This document shows positions 39,880 through 53,503 of a DNA stretch of 64,000 nt, piece after piece. Made by a program: the position numbers and the translations under genes. This DNA comes from Octopus sinensis (Eukaryota). Where the stretch lies: contig NC_043010.1 in assembly GCF_006345805.1 (NCBI RefSeq), forward strand, positions 7,316,001-7,380,000, written 5' to 3'. The first letter of the stretch is position 1. Every line of letters begins with the position of its first letter. A model generated the notes under the pieces. It had not been told where the DNA came from. It was given only the letters and a program-made list of their open reading frames with translations, and made no database searches.

Positions 39880-42800
39880 TCTGTTTGACCAAAAACACTC
39901 TTCATGGCAGTGCCCCAACATGGCCACAATCCAATGATTGAAAATAATAAAGGATAAAAGGTGGCCATAAGTTAAATGCATTTTGTCCTATGGCTGATCA
40001 GGAAAGACCAAGGGCTAAGTAACAATAAGTCACTTGCTAACAGTTTAGTGAACAAATGTTTCAATAAGTTCGATAAATAAGCATTTATGTGTTGTGGAAC
40101 CTGCTGAGATTGATTTCATTCTTGATTCCTCAAATATTGATAAAATCAAAATATTAGAAAGCATCTGAATTTCCGATAGTGACTATATCTCAACTATACA
40201 CAAATGAAGTCGGGGTTCTACCTATGTGCTCTATACCATTTTCAAAAACAGAAAAAAGTAGACGGTATTTACTTTTAAGTAGATATATGAATATCACTTC
40301 TGGTGACAATAGATTTACTTAAATACTATATCGGTGTACGATTGTCGTGATGGATATTAAAAGAAACAGAATCTCACACACTACAGGTTGTAATTCTTTA
40401 AGTGCATTAATATTGTTCTTAAAATCCTATTCCTTTTCAGCAGATCAGTAACTCAGCTAAAATGCTTAAGGTCAACATTTTTCCCCTGCAGCAAATTCAT
40501 TACTTACTGTTGATAGTTCATTAAAAAAAAAAAAAAAAGAAATATATATAAAATAAAAGATAAACATATCAGGATATACATAAGTAAATAAATAAATAAA
40601 TCTTTTAGGAACTAGCATTTTACTTTTCACCATTAACCTTTAACTCAATCTTGCTATTTTTTTCTTCAATACAAGTGAAACCAAATTGCCTATGGGCAAT
40701 TTTAAAGAGATTGTAGCAGATTCACCAAAATGATACTCAGAATTATAGCTCCATACAAAATATAAATTTATGCAAACACATGACAAGATTTCATTTGCTT
40801 CGACATCTTCGTCTTCTATAGAAACAAACCAATTGGGTAAGATATGCCATTTGCTGTTATTGAACTGAAGCTCACAATGTAGAACATGTCTATAAAAATA
40901 TAATAACTGAATAGTCTACAGAAGTATGGTATTGCGGTTAAGAAGTTTACCATGCAACCACGTGATTCTGGGTTTGATTCCATCACACTATGCATAGCGG
41001 CAGACGAAATACCGCAAAGCATTTCGCCTGGCATGCTAACGTTTCCTCCAGCTTGCTGTCACAAAATAATATTAGCCATTTTATCTATATAAAAAGAACT
41101 CTAATTGTCTCTTTCTTAAATGTTCATAATAAAAGCAGCACCAAGAAGAGAGTCAGTCACTGTTCATTCAAATATTCACTTGTCTTAAATAACAAGACAC
41201 ATTCAGCTGAATTAAAAAATTAATCCATTGCAAGGTCTATTCTACAAGATTTCGCAACACATATTTTACTTGTATATTCCATGGCAGCATTTTCTTTTCC
41301 ATTTGCACTACATGTTTACCCAAAGAGGGGGCTTTTAATTCATAAACATGCGTTTAATACTGTTTTCTATATAACACATGCATCATACCATAAATAAATC
41401 TATTTACACAACATATGAATTATTCAAGTGACTTGTAAACATACGATCATATACATAATATTTTTTTGCTATGGATTTATATAAACCCTTCTTTTATTAA
41501 TGTTGTACACTGAAACTTGTCAATTACTGATGCATGCATTACTATCCAAACACATGTGCTATTTTTCACCGTATGCATTGCTGTTCATTTTCAAACATGT
41601 ATTTCACTATCTTTGAAAGGACACGTGATATTTGACTACTTCAAATTCTAGTGCCACTTAGATCAGAAAAAAAATAATACTTGGAAAATAAAAGAAAATT
41701 TATATAAGTTACTTAATTGATACTATTCTCTGCTTATCCCATGTTTTTCCCATATGCATGCATAAACATACACATATATATACACACTAATACACAGTCG
41801 TGCACATATGCAGACACATACATTACTTGCCAAAATCATATAATTATCCCTAAAATAGGTTCCATAAGGAAATATTGATCATTATTGTAGGCAACTAACT
41901 TACTGTGTAATTCGCAAGTGTTTCGTTAGCCTTCAATGCTAAGTTCAAAACTTCCCATAAGCAAAACCTAGGTTACAAACATCAAACCTGCATTTACATA
42001 GAAGCAAAAGATTTTAGTAGAATTCTAACAGAAGCTGATGAAGGGATATGGGAAGCAATTAAAGACATTTAGGCTTTAAGTGGGAAGCTAAAATGCTATG
42101 TAAGTGGCAGATTGTCTGAGATTTCCAATAGTGCTTAGACGAAAAGATGAAAGCATTAAGAAGAATATTAATGCATTAGTATGGGATTAAATAATATGTA
42201 GCAAGCGAGTTACAGGGGAAAAATGGTTCTGAAAGTAATTTCTAGTGGAGTGATTTTGTACATAATATATTACTGTTGAAAATCAGATGTACAAATGTAT
42301 TAGCATTAGTTTTGAAAGAGAAATTGTGATAAAAAAAAAAACCCAACTAAGATTAAACATCAATAAATTGTATTGGGGCAGACTTCACTTTCCCTTTCTC
42401 TGTAAAAGACAGATTTTCTCATTATTGTGGTAGTTACTTACTGCAAGGCAGACAGGATTATTGAAAGTTAAGTACTCTGCTCATAGATGTTGTGCACTGC
42501 CAGTGACAAGATACAACTGTGGACACTTCAGATTGTAGGCCAACAACCATTTCAGCTCATTAAGCTACACAAATAAGTTGGTAGGTATCTATGCATACTG
42601 GTATATTTTTCATACTGGCTTTTATGTATCTACAATAATGTGTAAATCATTCTATCATCTGACATAAAAAAAAGAAGAAAACTGGAATGTAAAAATCGAG
42701 TAATGCAACTATCTCGCATAAGATATTAAAACCTTAGAATATTAGCTAAATATAAAGCAAATGTTTAATATACAGATTTTACATCTTAGTAATAAACATA

Positions 42801-43035
42801 TGTACAGCAGAGCTAAACTACTTCTCGATGGAAGCTTCTAAGTGGCTGTTCAAATTGCTAGAAGATACAAACAACTTCCCTCAAATTACATCTATTTTGA
42901 ACAAAGCTGTACACAGTGGATGATACTCTGTACCTTAAAATTATATGACCATGGTCAAAATACCATTGACCAGAGACCAGCTGAATTAGGGCAGATTTAT
43001 AGTCAAGTAGTTAGAAGGATACACCAAAGTCCATT

Positions 43036-43107
43036 GCGTCCCCAAAGTTCATCCCCTCCTCACCGTGGTGGGGACGCTGGCAATGGGTAGTGTCAGAGCT
43101 ATGCCGT
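43036..43107 (+). mobile_element. Isolated 5' head of the element at 53393-53886
   Basis: gcgtccccaaagttcatcccctcctcaccgtggtggggacgctggcaatgggtagtgtcagagctatgccgt aligns to 53393-53463. Confidence 0.75.
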
Positions 43108-43819
43108 CAGACTGGTGGTGGTGAAGTTAGGTACAGTGCTAGCAGTTTTGAGGTGAGGGGGAAGTCAATTACAACAACCCCAGTACTTCACTAGTATGTT
43201 GTTTTTACCAACCCAAAAATAAGGAAAGATTGTTCAAAGGCCAAATTAAACTTTGTGGGTTTGATCTCAGAAGGCTAAGGGCTGTAACTAAACACTGCAA
43301 GGAATTTTTGCCTAATTCTCTGATGATTCTGCCAATAGCCCTACATTATAATAATACAATAATAATGGTTTCTTTTATTCTTTACTTTTAATGGAAACAT
43401 ATTTAGTTCTAGATATTTTAACATGAATGAATCAGACTTACAAATAATGTTTGTGGTGTATATTATAGAAAGAAAAAAACATAATTGAACTAAGTAATAT
43501 ACAGGGTTGGCTGAAGGTTAAATCTACAGAGTAGATATCAAATAGTTAAGGGATGGGATAAGATGGGAATCTAAGGTCTGTGCTGAGTCAGAAATTTATC
43601 TCAAATTTAATTAAATCTTCGTGAATACAACAGTACAAAATGTTTCAGCAATGAAATTATAACAATTGGGAGTGTTTCAATAATTGCATTATTTTCATTT
43701 CATTTCAGACAGTAAAAGTTGCATTTCAGAAATAAAAGATCTCTTGGGACATATCTTTAAATTAGCCATGTTGTTCATCCATTGGTAAATGACATCTGTG
43801 ACACAAAATTCAAATAATA

Positions 43820-44050
43820 AACTTAGTTGTCATACAAAAGGCGACTAAAATGAAGCAAAGATTCACAGAAAACAGGTGGACTTGTGCAGTTGTCAAGTGG
43901 TATCCGAAAGATTCGAATAGGGTACTTGGAAAGCCTCAACAATAGTAGGAAGATGATTTAACATGGGTCAAGGTGAAAAAGAATAGCACAAACAATCCAG
44001 AATTGGATGCACATTGTGATCAGTGATAGATAACAGCTTCTGATGGTCTG
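43820..44050 (+). mobile_element. RTE-type LINE, decayed 3' end
   Basis: RFTENRWTCAVVKWYPKDSNRVLGKPQQ**EDDL matches the R-x-x-D-x-RWT-x-x-V-x-x-W-x-P...R-x-x-GRP-x-x-RW-x-D pattern. Confidence 0.65.
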
Positions 44051-44060
44051 GTCAATACTG

Positions 44061-44103
<43 letters not shown>

Positions 44104-44104
44104 A

Positions 44105-44375
44105 CCAGCGCCACCTCAACTGGCTTCTGTGCCAGTGGCATGTAAAAAGCACCAACCGATCGTGGGCGCTGCCAGACTCCCCTGGTACCTGTACCGGTGG
44201 CACGTAAAAAGCACCTACTACGCTCGTGGAGTGGTTGGTGTTAGGAAGGGCATCCAGCCGTAGAAACACTGCCAGATCAGACTGGAGCCTGGTGCAGCAT
44301 CTGGCTTTCCAGACCCCCGGTCAAACTGTTCAACCCGTGCTAGTGCGGAAAACGGACGTTAAACGATGATGATGA
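44105..44375 (+). mobile_element. Family C SINE-like repeat with (GAT)n tail
   Basis: taggaagggcatccagccgtagaaac core; ...gcggaaaacggacgttaaacgatgatgatg end. Confidence 0.8.
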
Positions 44376-44400
44376 TATATATATATATATATATATACAT

Positions 44401-44433
<33 letters not shown>

Positions 44434-44769
44434 CAAATACATATATACATAGTTAGATAGATAGATTGTGACACAGAGATACATGCACATACACACATGT
44501 CCCCACTCTTACATACAGTATATATATGAACATACTTATATGTATATGCTTATATATAATCTGATTGCATTTGTGTATGTGTATATACACAAGCAAACTA
44601 ATGGAAATATTGCTTTTTATTTAATTATATTTTTCTATAGGCAACATAACAAATTCAAAACTTTATATTTCATGTGTGTTCATATGCATTATGTACACCT
44701 TGTACTTCATGATATACCCCTAAGTTTTTATTTTGGGCAGATATTTATATTTAAATAAATTGAAGTGCA

Positions 44770-44970
44770 TCACCTATCTTTTTTTCCAAAGAGGACAAAT
44801 CGTTGTACTGCAGATGGCTGGTGTTTCAGTCACTAAAACTGCAGTATTATTTGAGATATTGCAAAGTATAGTATTTAAAACCATGTTGACGTTCTAAAAG
44901 CAAAGGTAAATCCAGCTCTGGCAAGCATAATACTGGATGGTGGGCAAAGCTCACAGAAAGGGATTGAGTA
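44770..44970 (+). mobile_element. Tc1-like transposase N-terminal (HTH) remnant
   Basis: FQRGQIVVLQMAGVSVTKTAVLFEILQSIVFKTM...SSGKHN...KLTERD resembles the Tc1-family LSxFQRGQIVG..AGASVTKTA...SSAKxNxGRxxKLxxRD; stops present. Confidence 0.65.
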
Positions 44971-44994
44971 AGGGTGAAACATTATCTCTAAGAC

Positions 44995-45412
44995 CTCTTT
45001 ACTCTCTTTTACTTGTTTCAGTCATTTGACTGCAGCCATGCTGGAGTACCACCTTTAATCGAGCAAATCAACCCCAGGACTTATTCTTTGTAAGCCCAGT
45101 ACTTATTCTATCGGTCGCTTTTGCCGAACTGCTAAGTGACGGGGACGTAAACACACCAGCATCGGTTGTCAAGCAATGCTAGGGGGACAAACACAGACAC
45201 ACAAACATATACACGCACATACATATATATATATATATGAACATATATACGACAGGCTTCTTTCAGTTTCCGTCTACCAAATTCACTCACAAGGCATTGG
45301 TCGGCCCGGGGCTATAGCAGAAGACACTTGCCCAAGATGCCATGCAGTGGGACTGAACCCGGAACCATGTGGTTGGTAAACAAGCTACTTACCACACAGC
45401 CACTCCTGCACC
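44995..45412 (-). mobile_element. SINE family A, full length
   Basis: Reverse complement of the + copies. Confidence 0.92.
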
Positions 45413-45504
45413 TATTGAACAATGGCAACAAAAATGACTACAGAAGTAAGCCAGAACCTTGCTAACCCTGTATCAACAAAACCATTTATTGTACATGTAA
45501 TGAA

Positions 45505-45820
45505 GGCATGTGGCTTAGTGGTTAGGGTAATCAGCTCACGATCATAAGGTCATGAGTTCGATTCCTGGCAGTAAATTGTGTCCTTGAGCAAGACACTTTA
45601 TTTCACTTTACTCCAGTCCACTCAGCTGGCAAAAATGTGTTGTATCTGTGATTTAAAGGGCCAGGCTTGTCACATTCTGTGTCATGCTGAATCTCTTAGA
45701 ACTATATTAAGGGTATGCATGTCTGTGGAGTACTCAGCCACTTGCACATTAACTTCACAAGCAAGCTGTTCCATTGATTAAATCAACTGAAACCCTCATT
45801 GCCCTAACCAGTTGGGTGCC
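45505..45820 (+). mobile_element. SINE family D, older copy
   Basis: gtggcttagtggttaggg...gagttcgattcctgg head; 3' part aligns to 34200-34400. Confidence 0.7.
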
Positions 45821-45916
45821 AGTATGTGTATTGTACCTGTACAAGGACATTATTCTATTTACCTGACTCTATTTAATTAATCCCAGCTTGACCAAGTTTA
45901 GTGCATGCCAGCAAAA

Positions 45917-46223
45917 TCTTTATATATAAAATTGAAGTTGTGTGTGTGAGACTCTGTCTCCTCCGATTTAGATTTCTAACTACTCCCACATTTTGCGGTG
46001 CAGTTTAACCAAAAGCGGGTATCTTATAGTCGTCATTCATATTGAGCCCTTCTGGGTATTAGCGCGTGTCTACAATGAGTCTACGATTTAAAAACAAATC
46101 TACCATCATTTTTCCGCATTTTTAATGATTTTTGCTCGGGTTATATAAGGGAAGTAACTCTCTAAAAATGCTTATATAGTTATTTCCCTTATAAACCCGA
46201 GCAACGCCGGGCAATACTGCTAG
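45917..46223 (+). mobile_element. Non-autonomous Helitron (same family as 31944-32440, single internal unit)
   Basis: A|TCTTTATATATAAAA...cccgagcaacgccggg...CTAG|T. Confidence 0.85.
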
Positions 46224-46469
46224 TTATATATAATGTTGTAATATATAAGAACTATTGTTCTGACAGGACTGAATGACAAGTTTGGTATTCATGACTGATG
46301 AGGCATATCAACACAGAAACGCATGTGTCCTATGATTCACTTATGCAGTTTATAGTCCAGTGTGTTTTCACATATGTTGTTTATGAGGGAAAATTACTCC
46401 TGAGACTATTTTCTGCAGTTAAAGGTCTTCCCTCATTTGAGGGTACATGGATGTGTTAAAAAACTTACT

Positions 46470-46650
46470 CTACACACCTGTGCCGGTGGCACGTAAAAAG
46501 CACCCACTACACTCACAGAGTGGTTGGTGTTGGGAAGGGTATCCAGCCGTAGAAACATTGCCAGATCAGACTGGGCCTGGTGCAGCCTTCTTGCTTCCCA
46601 GACCACAGTTGAACCGTCCAACCCATGCTAACGTGAAGGGCAGACGCTGA

Positions 46651-46688
<38 letters not shown>
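46470..46688 (+). mobile_element. Family C SINE-like repeat with (GAT)n tail
   Basis: Same core and tail as 44105-44375. Confidence 0.8.
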
Positions 46689-46690
<2 letters not shown>

Positions 46691-47164
46691 CACACACACA
46701 TTCATATACATGCACAGGTAAAGCCATGTAGTTTAGATGCATGCTTTGCAACCACAGGGTTCTAGTTATAATCACAGTGCATGAAATCTTGGGCAAGTAT
46801 CTTCTCTTTGCAGTTTCAGATAGATGAATACAATGAGAAAGAAATATGATTCATGCAAAATAGAAGCATGTGTATGTGTGCAAGTGGCACATGTGTTTGC
46901 CTCCACCAGTATAGACATGGGCAGTGAGCTGTGGCTCGCTGTGTCAGGGTGGTAGAACTTGGTCATCCTGGAGCCGGAGATCATAAAAAAAAGGTGGCTG
47001 AGGAAGGGTGAATAAATTATGATCAACCGAAGAACTTAGTCCTCTGCCATTGCCATTGTCCAATGGTTGAAACCAGTAGAAGAATTTTTAAGCAAATCTG
47101 TCATTACTGTCATACTCTGTTGGTGCCTATATTCTACAAACGAGACAAGCAGTAATGAATTTAC

Positions 47165-47249
47165 AGAGCTAGTATTGATGGTGGTGGTGGTAGAAATAGT
47201 AGTGGTGGTGGTGGTGGTGGTGGTGGTAGTAGTAGTAATGGCGGTGGTG

Positions 47250-47282
<33 letters not shown>

Positions 47283-47291
47283 ATGATGGTG

Positions 47292-47327
<36 letters not shown>

Positions 47328-47384
47328 GTAATGGTGGGGGTGGCTGTGGTGGTGGTGGTGGTAGTAGTAGTAGTAGTAGTAATG

Positions 47385-47416
<32 letters not shown>

Positions 47417-47480
47417 GATAGTAGTAGTAATGGTGGTTGTGGTGGTGGTGGTGGTGGGGATGTCAGTAGGCATGGTAGTA
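47165..47480. repeat. (GTG)n/(GTA)n compound microsatellite
   Basis: Direct reading. Confidence 0.95.
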
Positions 47481-48077
47481 CTAAAAGATTGACAAGAATT
47501 ATAATGGCAGCGACAATGCTTTTATTAACACTTACGGTAGCATCAACTGTTGGTCTAATTTAGATTTTTACATTTGCAATAAGGATGCAAATAATTGCCT
47601 GTTAGGCTGCAGAAACAGCTGGCTGAATGATGGAGACATTTCATAGATGAAGAGATGAAATAAATACAAAAAAAATATCTCAATAGAATCTTCTTGTCAA
47701 TGTGTTTCACTTGAAAACCATGGAACCATTTTGGTAAATTGATGCAATACAAAGAAATCTTGTTGGATTCAATCGTTTCCTCCCTTGGAAATAATCTTTT
47801 AAAATATCATTCTTTATATAAATACATGCTCGTACAGACAGGCAGACACACACACACACACACACATGCATGCTTATGTATGTGTGTAAATACATGCACA
47901 CATGTACGTTTATATATGTACATTTAGATACAGTTAATCAAAAGACTAGGAAATCTACAAATTCCAATAAAGAACTGAATGTGTGAGGCATATGGAGTAT
48001 GAGAAGCAAATTATGCATACATGTACATATATCACACACACACACTCACACACACACATACACACTCACACATGTAA

Positions 48078-48123
<46 letters not shown>

Positions 48124-48289
48124 CATACAAACACGCGCATGTGTGTATATATATATGTGGAGAGAGAGTAAGAAAGAGGTAGATAGACAGAGAGATATTG
48201 ATATATTCATATACATATAAATATATGTATCTATATATATATACATACATACATATGTAATATATATATATATATATAATATATATATA

Positions 48290-48348
<59 letters not shown>

Positions 48349-48663
48349 GCTTATATACATATATTTCTAAATATTCATATATATATATGTGTGTATATGT
48401 ATATGTATACATGTATTTACACATGTATGTATAAATATATATACATACATATATATATACATATATATATAAATATATATATATACACACACACACATAT
48501 ATATATACTCGCATACATACGTACCTATATATATATATATTTAATCACACATGTAAGGCTAAGGATTGGTAAAAATCATCTGAGGATTGTACAAAATGCT
48601 TTATAGTATATATTGTTTTTCTTTTTTTTTTTTACAGTTTGTATTCAAGTTTATATTCTATAG

Positions 48664-48719
48664 GGAGACTGAAGAGCTTCCTGAAGATCAGGGCTGGTTT
48701 GTAGGTGCAATATTTGTAG
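48664..48719 (+). CDS. Candidate internal exon (ETEELPEDQGWFVGAIFV), product unknown
   Basis: Strong T-tract acceptor (alternative start 48638) and G|GTAAGA donor; one frame open to that donor; protein-like composition. No homology recognised. Confidence 0.35.
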
Positions 48720-48870
48720 GTAAGAGAAAGAATATTATCAAGATCACTGGCTTTACTGGTTAGTAGTGACTACAAATGCGTTCATACTAGGTATGTATGT
48801 ATGTGATGCAAATGTTGGAATGAAAGAAGGTAATTTGGAAGGAAATTTACCTAGTTTTATTAATGTGCAG

Positions 48871-48889
<19 letters not shown>

Positions 48890-48904
<15 letters not shown>

Positions 48905-49385
48905 CATCGTTTAACATCCGTTTTCCATGCTGGCATGGGTTGGACGATTTGACTGAGGACTGGTGAACCAGATGGCTGCACCAGGCTCCAATTTCGATCT
49001 GGCAGAGTTTCTACAGCTGGATGCCCTTCCTAACGCCAACCCCTCTGAGTGTAGTGGGTGCTTTTACGGGCCACCAGCATGAGGGCCAGTCAGGCGGTAC
49101 TGGCAATGGCGGCGAGCTGGCAGAAACGTTAGCACGCCGGGCGAAATGCATAGCCGTATTTCGTCTGTCGTTACGTTCTGAGTTCAAATTCCGCCGAGGT
49201 CGACTTTGCCTTTCATCCTTTCAAGGTCGATAAATTAAGTACCAGTTACGCACTGGGGTCGATGTAATCGACTTAATCCCTTTGTCTGTCCTTGTTTGTC
49301 CTCTCTGTGTTTAGCCCCTTGTGGGTAGTAAAGAAATAGGTACTGGCAATGGCCATGCTCAAATGGTGCTTTTTCATGCCACTTG
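48890..49385 (-). mobile_element. Family C repeat interrupted by a family B SINE
   Basis: Reverse complement of the family C core and tail; (ATC)n tail at the left end. Confidence 0.8.
49108..49338 (+). mobile_element. SINE family B, full length with 12-bp TSD
   Basis: TSD ggtactggcaat at 49096-49107 and 49339-49350. Confidence 0.92.
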
Positions 49386-49887
49386 CAGAGTTAAATACAA
49401 AGTTGGTAGGAAATGTAAAGGTAAGGAATGAGATTATAGGATGAGCTGATGTACAGAATTGAAGAATACGGAAGATTCTATTTCTATACCAGCTGAATCT
49501 ATATGAAATGAGAGGGTGTCTACCAAGAAGAATTTCAAACATTGTTGTTACTGAAGATATTGACTTCACAGATGGGTGAAGTGAGGTCCTCACTTGAAGT
49601 GATTTGAGGAACTTGGAGAATGGTAGGAGTAGCAGATGTATTTGACGAAATATGGGAGAGAGTCAAGGTGGTGAGCTCGCAGAATTATTAGCATGCCAGC
49701 CAAAATTCTTAGTGGCATTTTGTCCATCTTTACATTCTGAATTCAAATTCCACTGAAGGCAAATTTGCCTTCCGTACTTTTAGGGTTGATAAGTGCCAGT
49801 TGAGAACTGGGGTCACCATAATTGACTTACTCTTTACCTGAAATTGCTGACCTTGTACCAGAATTGGGAACCAATATTTGTCTGTCG

Positions 49888-49951
<64 letters not shown>

Positions 49952-50289
49952 TATCATCACTCTTTCCTCTTTCTCACATTACTCTTCTATCATCCTCTCT
50001 CACACATCATTTTCCCATTTTCATTACCCTTTTTACAAACCTTATCTCCCTCCTAGAACTCCCTACTACACACGTGCATGTGTGTGTGTGTCCCCAGTAC
50101 TGCCATACAGGACATATCTATTACTTAGCATTCAGAAAAGTAGGTTCAAATTCTGTACTGTATACCTTATGCAATAAATTTGTGAATAAGCAATGGAGTG
50201 GGATCTGAAGCAGAAGAGTAATTAGTAGTATAAGGACCTATGAAATGAATTGTTTCAAATGTATTGTAATCTCACTAGAAAAGTTGACA

Positions 50290-50746
50290 GCTTCTAATTC
50301 TTTAGCTTTAACAGAAGGAGGGCTAAGTAGTGTGCAATTATACTAATTATGGTAGGGACGGAGAGGAAAAAGTTCAAGAAGCTTGGCAATAAAGAGATTC
50401 TGTTTCCAAAGAAAGGACAAAGTTTATGAGGACTACATATTAAGGGCTGTATTGTATGGGAGTTAAAATGTGGGCCATGAGTGTGAAAGATGGGTGAAGT
50501 AAGAATGCTTTTCTGGATGTGGAACATCCATGAATGAAGAAGCTCAAATGAGCTGAAAAGAAAAAAAAAAAGGCATAAGTAGGAGTGAATGTGTGGTAAG
50601 TAGCTTGCTAACCAACCACATGGTTCCGGGTTCAGTCCCACTGCGGGGCATCTTGGGCAAGTGTCTTCTGCTATAGCCCCGGGCCGACCAATGCCTTGTG
50701 AGTGGATTTGGTAGACGGAAACTGAAAGAAGCCTGTCGTATGTATG

Positions 50747-50778
<32 letters not shown>

Positions 50779-51265
50779 ACTGTGTTTGTCCCCCTAGCAT
50801 TGCTTGATAACCGATGCTGGTGTGTTTACGTCCCCGTCACTTAGCGGTTCGGCAAAAGAGACCAATAGAATAAGTACTGGGCTTACAAAGAATAAGTCCC
50901 GGGGTCGATTTGCTCGACTAAAGGCGGTGCTCCAGCATGGCCACAGTCAAATGACTGAAACAAGTAAAAGAGTAAAGAGTAAAGAGAGTAAACCATATAT
51001 TATGCAAATGAGAGAAGACTTAGCTGTTATGGATTATGTGATGCATGCAGAGGAGGATGGTTGGGTGAAAGAAGAGCCAAGAGATTTGAGAGATAGATTA
51101 TTCAAGGGAAAAAAATGACCAAGTAAGACATGGACAGAAGCAATGCAGGGTAACCTCAGAATGGTGAACTTCGTTAAAGAGATGACGAGGGAACATAACA
51201 AGTCGCAAGACATTTTGTTAGAGTAGATGCATCTAACTCATACCAGCATGGGAAAATTAACGTAT
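50290..51265 (+). mobile_element. RTE-type LINE, decayed RT C-terminus and 3' end, interrupted by SINE A
   Basis: Fragments EGGLSSV...LRAVLYGS...FWMWNI...SSNELK before the SINE and RRLSCYG..MHAEEDGWVK...KTWTEA after it; ends aactcataccagcatggg like the family C tail. Confidence 0.6.
50576..50990 (+). mobile_element. SINE family A, full length
   Basis: Colinear with the other copies. Confidence 0.92.
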
Positions 51266-51325
51266 AAGTGAGAACGAGGAAGATAATGATTATATGTGTA
51301 TATGAGTGCATGTGTGCATATATAA

Positions 51326-51361
<36 letters not shown>

Positions 51362-51879
51362 CTTGCATACACATATATGTGTAAACATAGTCCTGTGTAT
51401 GTGTGTGTGTGTGTGTGTGTGTGTAATTGTGTGTGTAATTGTGTGTGTGTGTAATTGTGTGTGTGTGTGTGTGTGTGTGTAATTATATATATATATATAC
51501 TTGCATACACATATATGTGTAAACATAGTCCTCTGTGTGTGTGTGTGTATGTGTGATTGTGTGTGTGTGTGTGTGTGTAATTGTGTGTGTGTGCATGCAT
51601 GTTTATGAACTAAAGTAAATAATTAGGATGCAGGTATTCAATAAAGCTTATAGAAGAAAATAAAGAAGAAGATAATAACTATTTTAGACAAAAAGTTAAA
51701 ATGAAATGTAAAAATGGAGAGTAAAAGCAGTTGATTTATAATGTTTCTGCAATATGAAACAAGTATTCAGTACATTGGATTATGGGAAAAAAAATGTTTA
51801 ACAACTCATACATATAGACAGACATACCTGTAACGTGAATACCTTGTTATTTATTCTTCCTTCTCTCTCTTCACACACA

Positions 51880-51887
51880 CATATACA

Positions 51888-51919
<32 letters not shown>

Positions 51920-52130
51920 CATACATATATATACATACATACATACATATACATATATATGTACATATATATATATATATATATACACATATACTTATAT
52001 GCATGCACAAACACATACCATACACACACATATACATACATACATACATATACATATATATATATACATACATATATATACATATATATACATACATATA
52101 TATATATACATACATACATACATATACATA

Positions 52131-52164
<34 letters not shown>

Positions 52165-52238
52165 CATATATATATATACATACATATATATATATATACA
52201 TACATATACATACATACATATATATATATATATAATAT

Positions 52239-52282
<44 letters not shown>

Positions 52283-52330
52283 CTTATATGCATGCACAAA
52301 CACATACCATACACACACATATACACACAA
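51880..52330. repeat. (CATA)n/(TA)n compound microsatellite with an internal ~50-bp duplication
   Basis: catatacttatatgcatgcacaaacacataccatacacacacatatac occurs twice. Confidence 0.9.
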
Positions 52331-53392
52331 CTAGTATTCATGCACACAAATATTCATAATTCATATATATATATTTTTTGTGTGTCTGTATACCTAGAAG
52401 CAGATTTATAATTTGTGCAAGATGTATTATATGAATAGCCAATAAATAATTCTAGCTGTTAAAGATAAGTTATAATTTCTTTTCAGACTAACAAGGAAAA
52501 AAAATTGACCTAAAGGTTTTCTGTTCACATAGATATTATTTCTTTGAAGATAGATATTTATAATGAGAATATAGAGTTAAGTCTTGAGGGGATAAGAATT
52601 ATTGTGATTATCATCAATAATTTGAAGGAAATTGTTGCTTTAAGCATATTTTAACCCTATATAAAATCTGTACACAAAAATTGGATCCAACTATTTTATA
52701 AAAACCTAGATGATGACATATAGAAAAATGAGTGTTATTGGAAGAAATAACATACACAGTTATGAAGGTTAAAAGAGGGATAAGCATATATTGCAGTTAA
52801 AAAATTAGACTATTACATCTGTCGGTTTTAATGCTGGTATCATAAAAAAATAATTATATATTTTTTAATGGCTTATTCGGAGGTAAAAAGACTATGGTGG
52901 AACAGCCAATTAACTATCATAATCTCCTTGATTTCAAAACATTGGTTCCTTCCTGCATACCTTCATGCAAATTACTATTATTTTTGTAGGTAATTTAGCA
53001 TCTGAAATAAAACTTACAAGAATTCTTTGTAGTCCCCGTTTTGCTGAGACAAACTTTTACTCCACTTCTCATATTCATTTAACTGTATAATTAACTAAGG
53101 AAATAATTAGAAACTGAAGAATGGTCTGCTCTTGAACTGGCTTTTCATGGCTTAACCTTTGGCATTTAGATGTAATGCTTTTTTATTTTGAATTGATCAT
53201 GCATTATCTCATAACTTTGAGATTTTGATGAAGTGATTGTTTATTTTTAGAATGATATTTTGAAGTAGGTGTGAGAAGCCAGTTCTGGCCATTTTGAACA
53301 TAAAACATGAAGAATATTTGGGCCAGATATGGCCAGTTTAAATGCTAAAGGGTTAAAAAAAAACAGTCACAAATCATTTGCAAGTATTCTTA

Positions 53393-53503
53393 TGTCCCCA
53401 AAGTCCATCCCCTCCTCGCCGTGGTGAGGACACTGGCAACGGGTAGTGTCAGAGCTATACCGTTGGGAACTTTGGTTCCTGGTAGGTCCACCCAAGATGG
53501 ATT
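53393..53503 (+). ncRNA. Candidate HDV-like (nested double pseudoknot) ribozyme, non-canonical
   Basis: P1 tgtcccca/tgaggaca; P2 agtccatc/gatggatt; L3-like tcctcgcc; GG at 53435-53436; P4 caacgg/ccgttg; J4/2-like ccaa. P3 has a mismatch and P1 is longer than canonical. Confidence 0.35.

Noticed and set aside
42805-42925. + strand AELNYFSMEASKWLFKLLEDTNNFPQITSILNKAVHSG*
   Set aside because: Protein-like, but there is no polypyrimidine tract and no recognisable family.
49389-49420. Exon-like ELNTKLVGNVK, phase-compatible with its neighbouring candidates
   Set aside because: Its acceptor region derives from the family C repeat, so the fit is probably coincidental.
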